Assembly: GCA_013239625.1 (NCBI GenBank)
Contig: MU054098.1
Span: 1,675,104 to 1,739,103, forward strand
Source of the DNA: Lama guanicoe
Taxonomy: Eukaryota
Direction: 5' to 3'
Length of the DNA: 64,000 nucleotides
The notes beneath the pieces are model-generated. The model was not told where the DNA came from. It was given only the letters and a program-made list of their open reading frames with translations, and ran no database searches. A program made the translations under genes and the position numbers. Below are positions 51,505 through 64,000 of the stretch, one piece after another; position 1 is the stretch's first letter, and the number at the start of each line of letters is the position of its first letter.

Positions 51505-54399
51505 AATGCGTTTCCGGCCCTCGGACGTCTGGGGAAAGAGGAGAGGGGCAAGGTCTCAGGTACTGGCGCAGAAGGCTTGCTTATCCTTTGTTTAGGGAGA
51601 CAGTCCTAGCTTCCACTTTTCTTGGTCTTTCAGACTTTAGATTAGTTCTGTTTCATTGTAGCTGCACATTTTAAGTAATTAGAGCATTCAAAATCTCCAA
51701 TTCCTTGTGACCAAGTCCTTTCTGCCATTTCTAAGGTTATATAACTCCTTTGATGAAAGCTTTTAGAATGATCTGAAAAATTGAATACACATTATCTTCT
51801 ATCTGTAATAAAAGCTCTTATTCATTGTTTTCTTAAAGAGAAAAATAAGACACAATTTGAAAAGGCTGATCACGGTATTCCATTCTTCAATTATTTTAAC
51901 AATAATTAACCATCTCGAGTTTTGTAACTTATGACTTTGCAGGAGGATGGATGTTCCCTATTTACTACAGGACATTTATGCTTGATTATTGAGCATTTGT
52001 ACAACTAAACAGACATGCATGTACTGAAGACAGAAATTATTTATTAAAATGACTACAAAGGATAATGACATATTTCTGACTTTTTAATGGTGCCCCACTT
52101 CTTCAATCATGGGTTTCCATTTTCAGTTTTCCTTAATTCTAACTGTAAATGCCATGAAAATATATAAAATAGTATCTTTCTAGGGCTAAATATATACTCA
52201 TAGAATCAGAAAATTTCATTGCTGGAAGACATATTGGATAGCATACCTCATTTGCTAGAAGAAATAGCCAAAGAGGAGATAACCAGCTATTGACAGTCAG
52301 AAATGGAATTCATGTCTCTTGATATGAGTTAATCTAGAGGTTTTTTATTTTTATTTGTTTCTTTCTAAAGAGGAAGGCTGAACTGAAAAGAGTAAAAGTG
52401 TTGGCAGCCTATAAAGCACTGCCATAGTTCTGCTATGCATCTTCAGTGGTTACAAGTGCTTCAAAACTCTAAAAACCTTGATGCCAATTTAAGGCTGATC
52501 TTCAGTCAGTGCCAAGACACCATGAAACAGTTCTTGGGATAGGTTAATAGCAGAGCCCAGTGGGAGACTCCATAAGAGATACCTATATACTCACCAGTTT
52601 CTGTAGGTTATTTTAACATATGCTATGTTTCCTCCCCATTGTAGCCCCTAACCCAAGCCTGCATTCACACACTGCTGACCCACATAGTTATTGACTAATA
52701 ATTATATATACCATATAAATACTAGGAAGGAAATCTCAGCAAGGAAAATTCTAGTAACTAAAAGAAGATCAGCATGGGTTACTGGCCCAGAAAAGCATTA
52801 AAGTATTAACCAAAAAGCCATATTGAAAAAGATCCAGTAATAGAAGATCAAAACTCATGCTCTTTCTCAAGATCCAGTACCCAACACAGTATTCTATATG
52901 GTACGTAATGGGTGGCCAATAAATATCTTTAGAATGAATAAGGACTCTAGTGAGCCATGTTTACATGGATGTTGGACTGGAATACACACTGGACTTGGGA
53001 GTTACATTCAATGATTCAAGTGGGAAAGAGTTTGTGGGGAGTAAGGCATAAAGGTAAAAGAGGAAGAGAAGCACATAGATAAACAGACTAGTTATATTAA
53101 ATAAAGAGAACTGAGGACTTCTCTTGTATTTAGAATCAACTAATAAACTAGATTTATGATGCCATGAATGCATTACAACAATTACTAGTAATTGATTGAA
53201 ATAGGCCATGGTACACAATCACAGGTTATAGTAGTCTGAACTTCAAAGTAAAGCATGATCCTTAAGGATTATATTTTAAAATGATTATAATAGTAACTAT
53301 ATGCTGCATCAGCTGATACTGTGATTTTAGCACATAAAAGGTATAAATTTTGCTCTTCACACTTAATCATGGTGTGTGAGATTTAATAAGCAACTCGACC
53401 AGAGTGGTAAAACTTCATTATCTATTTCCTCCTCTGCCTGTCCCAGAGGATCCTTCTGGAATGCTCAGAGATTCATGGGATATGCAGAAAATTTCCCATC
53501 ATTCATTCATATGCTGAATAACTATCTGGTTCTTGGATACAACTATCCTAAGAGTTAAAAATAACAGTGGCATCAAAATACATGGAGCCTATGGCTTCCC
53601 AGTATAACATCTCAACATTACAGAGGAAAATATTAAGTCAAAATTAATTGAAAGTTTTGCAAACTGTGAAATAAAGGACATGGTTCTATTTATTTTGTGA
53701 CTGTCACAAAATTTTTCATTAATATAGAAAATACAAACAAATCATAAGAGAATTCTTTCATGGAAAGACCTACCTTTACTATGTCTACATTATCTTTTCT
53801 CTTTCAACCATTTTCTAGCAGGGTCAGGAACTGCCTTAGTTGAAGGAGACTGTACAATTCTTCATAGCAAGACATTAGGGGAAGGTTTTAGAGGGCAGAT
53901 TAAAGTCCACAATGCAAAGTGTGACAAGCCATGAAATTTGACTTTTCTCCTTGGTTGACAAGGTTTCTTTATCTTACCTCCTAATACATAGGATTCTGCA
54001 CTAATATTAGAGGCCCAAAGAAGTGGCCAAAGGATTCTAAGTCAAGCCTTTTCCAAATCTCCATGGCCTGACTCTCATTCATTTAATCAATAAAATGTTA
54101 TTGGATACCTAGTATTTGCTAGTCACTATGATAGATTTTGACAATTACAACAAATATTTGTATAGTACTTTGGAGCTATCAGTAACAAGATCAATAAGAA
54201 AGGGGCAGCAGCTACCCAGAGAAAGTTCTTTCTATGGCTCTATCAGGAAGGGCTAGAGCGCCTGCCTGCATAGACACATTTTAAATCTGCTTGCTTATAT
54301 CCAACTGGCCAAATTAGTCAACTCACCAGTCCAACCCCAACAACATTGGAGGCCAGAAATAAACTCCTCCAGTGGAAGAGGAGTGGCACTAAGCTGAAC

Positions 54400-54740
54400 C
54401 ATCACCTGAACTTCTGCATGGGGTATTATAGTAGAGTATGAGTATGGAGGCATCTTTTCTTAGGATGGCTGGGGATAAATGCTCCAAGGAGTTGAAAAGA
54501 GGAACTATTTGGAGGAAGAGCACTCCAAACAGAACAATAAATTCAAATACCCTGAAACAATGAAGAGTTTTATGTTTTGTTCAAAATGAAAAAGGTCAGC
54601 AGAGTGGCTGGACGACAGTGAATGGGGGAAAGGGTAGAGGTGAATCAGAAAAGTAGACAAATCATATAAATCTTACAAGGGCTTTATAAGGGGTTTGGAT
54701 TTTATTGTAAGTGGTTTGGGGACCCATTGGAGATTTGCTT
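54400..54740 (-). mobile_element. L2 fragment (continues at about 56135-56580 and 57870-58170)
   Basis: Antisense L2 motifs (GGGGTTTGGATTTTATTGTAAGTG; GGAGAGAGTGCAGATAGAGAAGAGAAG) split by L1 insertions. Confidence 0.7.
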
Positions 54741-54971
54741 GCTTTCTAATGAAAAATCCAAATATATATATCTATTATATATATATATATATATAATAGA
54801 GAGAATGATATAATAAACCCCATATAACCATCATCCAAATTTATTATTAAAATTTTGCTATATTTGTTTCATCTGTGTTATTTTTTCCTTTGCTTAAGTA
54901 TTTAAAGCAAATCCCAGACTTCATGTTATTTCACTGATATATACATAATTCAGTATGCATATCTGAAAAGT

Positions 54972-56131
54972 ATTTTTTAATTGAACTATAGCTGATTTAC
55001 AATATTATACTAGTTTCAGGCATACAAGGTAGTGATTCAATATTTTTTATAGATTATTCTCCATTTAAAGCTATTATAAAATATTGGTTATATTCTTTGT
55101 GATGTACAATACATCCTTGTAACTTATTTATTCTCTATGTAGTAGTTTGTACCTCTTAATTCCCACCCACAACTTGTTCCTCCTCCCTTCCCTCTCCCAA
55201 CTGGTAACCACTAGTTTATTCTCTGTATCTGTGAGTCTGTTTCTGTTTTATTATAGTTATTCATTTGTTTTATTTTTTTTAGATTCCACATACAGAATTT
55301 GTCTTTCTCTGTCTGACTTATTTCACTAAGCACAATACCCTCCAAGTCCATCCATATTGTTGCAAATGACATTATTTCATTCTTTTTTGTGGCCAAGTAG
55401 TATTCCAGTGTACTTATATATACATCTTCTTTAGCCGTTCATATGTTAATGGACACTTATGGTTGCTTCCATATCTTGGCAATTGTAAATGGCGCTTCTA
55501 TGAACATTGGGGTTTATTTATATTTTTGAATTAGAGTTTTCCTTTTCTTCAGATTACATACTCAGGAGTGAAATTACTGGATCATATGGTATTTCTATTT
55601 TTAATTTTTTAAGGGACCTCCATACTATTCTACATAGTGACTGCACCAATTTACATTCCCACCAACACTTTACAAGGGTTCCCCTTTCTCTAAATCCTTG
55701 CCAACAATTGCTATTTGTAGATTTTTTTGTACCTGGTTGCATAATTCTCTAGCTTTGGGGGCTTTTTTAAAAATTTTTTGTGGGTTTGGTTTGCATTTTT
55801 TTGATGATTAGTGATTGTTGAGCATATTTTCATGTGACTATTGGTCATCTGTATGTTTTCTTTGGAAAAATGTTTATTCAGGTCATCTGCCCATCTTTTA
55901 ATCATACTGTTTGTTTTTTGATATTGAGTTGTATGAGCTGTTTACATATGTTGGATATGAACCCCTTAACAGATATAGGATTTGCAAATATTTTCTCCTA
56001 TTTAGTAGGTTGTCTTTTCATTTTATCAATGGTTTCCTTTGCTGTGCAAAAGCTTTTAAGTTTAATTAGATCTCATTTGTCTATTTTTGCTTTTGTTTCC
56101 TTTGCCTTAGGTGACAGATCCAAAAAAATAC
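54972..56131 (-). mobile_element. L1 3' portion
   Basis: Minus-strand ORFs [31 protein letters not shown] and MSFATIWMDLEGIVLSEISQTEKDK; T-tract at the left end. Confidence 0.92.
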
Positions 56132-56589
56132 TGAGTGATATAATTTGATTTACTCTTCAGAAAGATGCATTGTGGGCTGGGGAGGGCAGATATAAAGGCA
56201 GAAAAACTAGGTAGATAGCTAAAGCAAAGTCCAAGTAAGAGGTAGTGGTGTCCCAGAGTAATATTTTAACATTGGAAATGGTGAGAAGTGATCATAATCA
56301 GGATGTGCTTTGGAAGTATTCAAGAAAACTTGTTGAAGAATTGGATGTGCACTGTGAGGGAAAGAAAAAAATAAAGAATGTCTCCTAGGTTTTTTCCTTA
56401 AGCAAGAAAATGTCATTTACTAAAATAAGAAATGCTTGCAGATTATGGAGTTGAAAGAGAGCAAAGTAGAAATAATTTAACAGTTCTGTTTGATAATATT
56501 TAGTTTATTATGTCCATAAGATACCTAAGTGGAGTTACTGAGTAATCAATTATATTTAAAGTTCAGGTCAGGGCCAGAGACATACATTT

Positions 56590-57870
56590 CAAAAAATATT
56601 TTATTGTAGTATCATACACATACAGTAGAGTACTCAGTGAATTTTCAGGCATTCCTGTATAATGAACACCAAGGTCAAGAAACAACATGACTAACAGTAC
56701 AGAAGTACCCTGTGTGCCCCGTCCTGGTATGTGTTTTATTCCCAAAGAGCAACCATTATTTTGACATCTAAATAGCATATATTGATTCATATATCTGGTT
56801 TTGTGTTTATATTAATGAAATCATAGATAATATATTTTGTCTGGTTTTCTTTTGCTCAACATTTTATCTGTGAGATATACCTATATATATGGTATTAATT
56901 TTTATTGTTGTAAATCTTTTGCCTACTTTTTCTATTTTGTTACCAATCATTTTATTGATATATGAGAGCTTTATCTTTTTCCATTAATAGACTTTATTTT
57001 TTTAGAGCAGTTTCTGATTCACAGCAGAATTGAGCAGAAAATAGAGAGTTCACAGATAGCCCTCCCCACCCATACATATACACTCCCCTACTCTCAACAT
57101 CCCTCATCGGTGTGGCATATTTGGTACAATTGATGAACCAACATGGACCATTATTATCAACCAAAGTCCATAGTTTACATTAGGGTTCACTCTTGATGTT
57201 GTACATTCTATGGGTTTTGACAAATTTATAATGACATGTAGCCACCACTATAGTATCATACAGAATAATTTCATTGCCCTAAAAATCTCTTGTGCTCCCT
57301 CTATTCATTCCTCCCTACCTCCCTCTCCCCTGGAAACCACGATCTTTTTATTGTTTCTGTAGCTGTACCTTTTCCAGAATGTCATTTGGTTGGAATTGTA
57401 TAGTTTGTAGCCTTTTCAGACTGGCTTCTTTCATACAGTAATATGTCTTTTTAGTTTCTTCCATGTCTTCCATGGCTTGATAGCTCATTTCTTTTCTTTT
57501 TTTTTCACTGCACATATATTTTTAAATTTGCATATACGTACTGTTCATTGTTTCTGAGAACGTTTAGGAGAGCTCTTTATCTTAATACTAGTCATTTGTT
57601 AGTTAAATGTTCCACAGATATCATGTCCTACTTTGTGAGTTATCTCTTAATTTTCTTAATGAAATCTTTTGATAAAATTAAGTTATAAATTTATATATAT
57701 ACATACATATATAAAACTACTTTCTGTTCCATAGTCAGCTTGTTTTTCCTTGCACCTGTATTAACCACTACAGCTTTATAGTAGGTCTTAGTACCTGGTT
57801 GCATAATTCTCTAGCTTTGTTTTGTTTTTTTTTTTAATTTTTTGTCTTTTATGATTGTCATGGCTATTCC
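56590..57870 (-). mobile_element. Old L1 (L1ME-like) carrying a nested L1MC-like 3' end (about 56978-57567)
   Basis: CCAAAGTCCATAGTTTACATTAGGGTTCACTCTTG (L1MC 3'UTR); flanking GAGAGCT(CT)TTATCTT repeats at 56964 and 57568. Confidence 0.78.
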
Positions 57871-58387
57871 TTGGAGATGTAAATTTGAGTCACTGGCCTT
57901 TAAATAATATTTTAAGTTTTGTGACTACTTGCAATGCCCAAGGAGAGAGTGCAGATAGAGAAGAGAAGAAGATTCAGGATATAACTTAAGTATTTCAAGT
58001 TAGAAGTCATATCAGAGAGGACTCCAGCAAATCAGGCCTAGAAGACACTGCCAATGAAGTAGGAAGAAACCAGGAAGTTTAGTGTAATGGAAGCCAAGAA
58101 AAGAGAATGCTTCAAAAAGGAGGAAATGATTCATTGTGGAAAATAGATTTGAAGAGTTAAATAAATATAAAATAGAAGAACAGTGCTAGTGCCAAAACAT
58201 AACATGAAAATATGAAAGAGAACAGAAAGTTTAGAAAGAAACCAAACATATGTAATTTGTTTCACAGTGAGCAAATAATGGTGGCATTTCAAATCTGGAG
58301 TAGGAAAAGGGAAAAAATATCAATATATAGATCTAGGATATGTAGAATATACACATTTTATGTGGTACACCAACTAGGTTAAAGTAA

Positions 58388-58522
58388 CAGTTCTTAGTGT
58401 GTGGTCTGAGGACCACTAGAGATTATTCATATACAGAAGGTCCATGAGATTAAAAACAATTTCCCTAAAAATACCAAGGCATTATGTGTGATTTTTCACT
58501 CTTATTCTCTCATCTGTATACA
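58388..58522. mobile_element. Charlie1-like terminal fragment
   Basis: GTGTGGTCTGAGGACC...GGTCCATGAGATTAAAAAC...TTTTCACTCTTATTCTCTCA. Confidence 0.6.
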
Positions 58523-61029
58523 TGAATTATATAGAGTGCTTAACACAGTGCCTGGTACCTAGTATTATTTTAAAATTATTATAGTTGTCAATTTGTTATA
58601 AAGATTATTGTAAGTGTTGTCATAGAAGGCAAAGACTAGGGTGTGACCTTTAAATTGGGTTGCTAGAGTGGAGTAAAAGTGGTTAACCGCAAGACTGAGA
58701 TCTTGAGTGAATCATCTGTATAGTTGCTTAAATTATGTGATTTAGTCCCAAATCATAAAACATCACTATGAACTACTGACTCCAAATAAGTAAATGAGTA
58801 TTATTTTAATATAGCCAGAAATTTTGACCTATTACATTGCATAAAACAGGGGAAATTAAATGAGAAAGAAAACATAACTCTCTAAATTATAAACTGTATT
58901 TTTCCCCTTGAACCTAGCATAAATCTTTTTCAGCCCTTCCTCAAATTGATTTACTCACAGATGTAAACATTATGGTATCACAATTCTATTAATGTGGGCT
59001 TACAATTAAAATCATCTTGAATTTAACTGTTCAGCTGGGCTCATATACATTCATCACAGAAGCAATATCTAGGCACTTAAAAGTCACACGCTTGCACTTA
59101 GTAGAAAAGTCAATCTTTTATTTTTCAGAGTAGTAACAGCTTTTCAGAAAAGAAGAATGGATGTAGACAGGAAAGGCAGTACTTAGTGATACAAATTCAA
59201 TGACTCCTACTACTTCCCTTGACTTAATGAATAGTACATGTTATGTGCAGAGAGAGCTGATGTAGGTGTTCAAATAAAGGAACATCTGCTGTTTCATGCC
59301 TGACAGGTAATCATGACAACAAGATTATGAAATCAGTATAAAAGTCCAAAAAATGTACTCCAAACATGCATTTACTCTGTGCTCACATTTACATAAACAA
59401 TGACAAACCAATCAACTGACAAATAAAAATTCAGTCAGGCCAGTTATGTGTCATCACATAGACCATCACACACAGTCTGAAATGAGCCATTTCATTTTTC
59501 TCAATTCACAGCCTTCACTTAAAACTGAATGCTCCACTATCATGGATTATTAGTGTACTAATAGTAGATTTAAATATGTGACTCATGAGACATTATTGAG
59601 CTTCTTAAATGAAAGAAAAATAATAATCTCATTTAATATTTGTAGGCTATGGGCCATATTCATATCAAGCATCTGTCTTCCAATTACTGGCTCCACATAC
59701 CATTATAAAGATTTCAAAAAAGATAAAAAATAAAAAAGGCTTCTCACCTTCTCATTGCTATATCTTTGCTCATAGTATGCCATCTTCATTAAATTCCCCC
59801 TCTCATTTTTACAGATTGAATCCTATTCTTCCTTCAAGTTCCAGGTTCAGTGACGTCATCTCAATGATCTCCCCAATAATGAGTATGCATTCCTCTTCCT
59901 CTGAAATTCCATGTATGTGTTTCAATATCTTTTATAACACATACTTCCTAGTTAACATATGATGACATTTTGGAGGGATATCTTATTCTCTCTACTAGGT
60001 TTTCAATTTTTTGATGAGTAATACATATTAATCATGTTTTATCCCACAGTGTCTAGCTCACTATTTTATACATAGTAGGTCCTTGGTAATTACTTACTGA
60101 AGAGACAATGAAGCACATTTCATTCTGCAAAAGTAAAATTCTTCCCTTTTTAAAAAATATTCTCTAGATTACTAATTTACACTTTGACATTATAAGAGGT
60201 ATTTCATTTTTTTAAAGTAACACAATTTAACTGGAAACCTAGGTCTGTCTCTTTTTCAGTTGTCATCTAGCCTTTTCATTTGCAAGCTCCTGAAAGCCCT
60301 GCTTGAATTTTCAAGATGACCATCACAGATGCTTTGCGTGTGATCATAGGGGAGAAAGCATGAAGTCATATTTTATAGACATAAGACCTTGGGTCAAAGT
60401 TCAGAATACTTGGTTAGTCACCTCCTGTCTATAATACCACTAAATGAGATAATTTGGTTTACCATATGGTCAAAGTGACAGAAAAGAGGTAAAAAGTTTT
60501 ATATATTGTCAACTCATTATTTAATCACTGATAATTATCCAACCATCACTTTGTAAAATGTCAGCTCTATGAATATTGAAATAAAATAGCAATGAGCTAA
60601 TATCCTGTACTTTCATGACTCCATATTTTATTCACACTTTTTCCCGTCTGAAATATATTTGCCTTCAAACAATATCCAAATGTTTACCCATGTGTCAAAC
60701 GCTCTTTTGCCTATGATGTCAACTCACATTCCATCAGTCAAAAATGTTTCCCCCCTTTTAATTCTCATAATACTTTATCTTAGCCTTTCTTTCTGAATTT
60801 TTTAACTTGTATTAAAGTTATTTTTATGCATATATTATATTCCCCACTAAATGGCTCCTTGAGGGCCAATATGGCATGGCTATATATGATTTATTTTGTA
60901 TGTCCCAGGTGCCAAGTACAGTATCTTACACATAGAAATAGCTCAATGAGTATTTGCTCATTAAAAGAAAAATTCCTCTGCTTTCAAATAACCCGTTTTA
61001 GGCCTAAACACATTTAGTGTATTCTTTAT

Positions 61030-61300
61030 TTAATTCATTCATCCACTCATTCATTCATTCATTCAACTAATATTTATTAAGTACTTATTACGTTCTGGGC
61101 AGTGTTTTAGGAACTCTAAATGTGGTAGTAAGCAAAACAAAGTACTCGCTCTCATAGATGTTACATTTTAGTGAGGAGAGAAAAAAATAAACAAATAAAT
61201 ATATAATATGCCAGTTTATAATAAATGATGTGAAGAAAAATAAATCACGGTAAAGAGAGAGAAAGGATTGGTAAGGTACTACTAAAAATACATTGGTCAG
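61030..61300 (-). mobile_element. L2 3' end
   Basis: (TTCA)n tail followed by ATATTTATTAAGTACTTA. Confidence 0.8.
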
Positions 61301-61304
61301 GTAA

Positions 61305-61535
61305 TGAACCATGATTTCTCTAGTTAACAATCCTATAGTGCGTATTTGAAAGCTGCTAAGAGAGTAGGTCTTACAAGTTCTCATTATAAGAAAAAAATTG
61401 TAACTATGTATGATGATGGATGTAAACTAGACATTGTGATGATCGTTTTGCCATGAATATAAATATCGAATCATGTTGTATATCTGAAACTAGCATAACG
61501 TTATATGTTAATATTTCAATGCATGTAAAATTTAA
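61305..61535 (+). mobile_element. Short L1 3'UTR fragment
   Basis: TTGAAAGCTGCTAAGAGAGTAGGTCTTA...TCTGAAACTAGCATAACGTTATATG. Confidence 0.82.
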
Positions 61536-62999
61536 ATATATACCTTAATGATATTCCTTATAGATATCATATCAATAATAGAGTTCTGAAGTAGAAATAA
61601 GCAAGCAGATTTGGATTCATCAGTTCCAATAAAGTAAAACTTAAATTGAAAAAGTTTAAGAACCTTCATCCACTAGCACTCAGAAAAAATCTTAAAATAT
61701 ATTCCTGGAATAAGGCAATCCAAAATCCAATTATTCGATTTGAAATATTCACCTGGAGCTTACCATCTCATTAAGAGTAAAAACATTTTTTGATAATAGG
61801 TACATTAAAAACTCAGTATGATGGCCTACAAACTAATTTCACACTATTTTAATGAGTTAGAGCTAAAGAAAGATGAATGCCAATTTAAAAAGTTTTGCTT
61901 CTCTGCTGAGGAATACCTTTCCTCCAATGAGTTCAAAGGACTCCCCCCACATTTAAAAATGTAAGAACTAGAAAATTTAGATTAACGGCCAAGAACAGAT
62001 ATCACGTCTAGTGCTTGAATTTCTGAGGACCATGTTTATAGTTCTATGGAGAAATTTTTTATCAGAAAAAAACTGGAGAAGGGAGAAAGATTCTGCTTTT
62101 ATGATAATACTTAATCTATAAATTACTAATTCTGTTAGGAAATATAAAGTCAATGCAATTCAAACATGAGCCTTAATACTTTGTGTATGTGAACTGCACA
62201 GGTCACTTAACACATATTGATGGACATTGGTGACTCATAATGAACAGAGATCTTAATTTCAATCAATACATGTTTCAGATATTTTTGTTTAATCTTCATT
62301 AAATCCTGCTTTCATTCTGATTTAATCCTTTAATCAACAGCCTTCAAACTATTATACTTGGCATTCAAACCTTTCTATAATCCAATACCACTCTAACTAT
62401 TCAACTTGAATTATTTCTACCCCTCAGCATCCCTTATTTTCCGTGACTATTTCACTAATATGCCAGAATCACACTAGGTCTGTCTTAATTTAGACTGTTT
62501 ACGTGACACAAATCCTACTCATCTTTCAAACTCTAGTTCAAGACCCGCCTACTCTATGAAACTTTCCTTTATTATTCCAGTCCTCATTGATTTCATTTTT
62601 TCAATTCTTATAGCACTTGGTATACAATATATATTTCAGTCTTTATTCGTATATCAGCTTGGATTGGGATAATGATTTCATGTATATTCATGCAATGAAC
62701 ATTAACTGAATATGCCTCTGAAATGCCTGGCACTATGCTAGGCATTCAAGTTAGGAAAGTGACTAAGAGAGAGCGGCCCCTTCCCTAAAGAAGCTCATAG
62801 TTTACCAGGGGAAGAGGCAGACACACCAAATGTGAGAAGTAGTATTAAAGGGTTATAAGTAAAATTTTACAGTGACATAGAAAATCAATTAACTTTACCT
62901 TAGGGAAAAGTGTATTGTGTGAAAGTTTTATAGGAAATTAAAAATGAGCTGGCCTTTGAAGCATAAGTAAGTTTTCTGGGTTGGTAAGAAAAGAAAAGG

Positions 63000-63310
63000 C
63001 ATTGTAGGGTTTCAGCTTCCAGATGAATCTCTCCCATTCCATGTTAAAAATTGTAAAACATATTTATTCAGGGAACGGCAAATAGCCCCATGTGACAGGG
63101 CAGCATTTCCCAAAACATGTTCTATGAGAGAGTTTTATGCTTTTAAAGAAATGTTCTTCAAACATTGTTTCCATGGTTAAATAAATTGGGAAACAACTGA
63201 TTAATGTTAAATAGACCTCTTCATTGCAGTATTGTTTCAGAGCTTTTAACATATTGCATACACTTCTAACAAAAGAATACAGTATATAGTACTTCCCAAA
63301 TTTATATGGC
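63000..63310. mobile_element. Old hAT-Charlie remnant (MER112/113-like)
   Basis: CAGCATTTCCCAAA...AAATTGGGAAACA...CAGAGCTTTTAACATA...TTCCCAAAT. Confidence 0.5.
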
Positions 63311-64000
63311 AATGGAAACTTTTCCCCCAGAGCTAATAGAATTAAGGTTCTATAGAAAATTATTTGGAAGAAGTTAGACTACAACATAATTTGCATTGTG
63401 AAGGGGGTGAGGGTGGTGAATGGTGTAGCTACAAAGACTGGGGTCAGATTTTGAAGTACCTTAACTTTCTAAGGATACTAGATTTGTCTTTTCTAAAGAA
63501 AATAAAGAACCATCAAATATTTTATAAAAGGGAGTTAATATAACCAGACCTATAAAAAGATACTTTAGGTAGCAAAATAAATGATGGATTTAACGAAACA
63601 GTATCTGGAACCAAGGATATCCATTGAGACATTACTGCAATGGGAAATAAGATGGAGGCCTGCACTAGATTAATAGTAATGACAGAAATGTTGGTATTGT
63701 CTCAACTAATGGCAATTTATTTGAAAACTAACACTATGTTGAATATTATATTTCTTATACCCCTCTCTCTCAACCACAGGATCTAGCTTAATGCTGAGAA
63801 TGTCAGAAGTGCCTGGGTTTTTTTATTATTATCATTCATTCTTCATTAAATATCTTCTGAGAAGTAACTGAGTGTGTCAATTTTGAGCATCTGGAGAACA
63901 CTGGACAAAAAAGAAACATTTCTTTACATCAAGACTTCTAAGTATAAATTTCATTTTTCAAGTAGGATCCACCCTCCAAGCTATCCCCAGTGAGCCCCAT

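Noticed and set aside
1..64000. CRISPR arrays, operons, tRNA/rRNA genes or prokaryotic defence systems
   Set aside because: The sequence is mammalian. I saw no regularly spaced repeat-spacer array and no structural RNA gene.

Overview
AT-rich, CpG-depleted placental-mammal genomic DNA, either intergenic or deep intronic. The youngest L1 3' UTRs, together with the absence of Alu, B1, Bov-A/tA, PRE-1 and Can-SINE, suggest a camelid-like cetartiodactyl; this is an inference from recalled consensus sequences. No protein-coding gene can be identified. The ORFs with recognisable homology are decayed L1 ORF1/ORF2 or ERVL pol fragments; the rest look like antisense repeat frames or chance ORFs. Much of the window is layered transposon debris: L1s of several ages, L2, MIR, MaLR/ERVL/ERV1 LTRs, and hAT-Charlie, Tigger and MER DNA elements. 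I found no new gene system. The best-supported observations are footprints of insertion and repair mechanisms: two 5'-inverted (twin-primed) L1s, an apparent chimeric L1 tail with a 152-bp target duplication, an L1 5'UTR fused to its 3' end between TSDs, a templated patch copied from 2 kb away, and a tandem duplication with a snap-back insert. There is also a good CTCF motif in a CpG-retaining patch and a few weak exon and enhancer candidates. Repeat subfamily names are from memory, and boundaries without TSDs are approximate.
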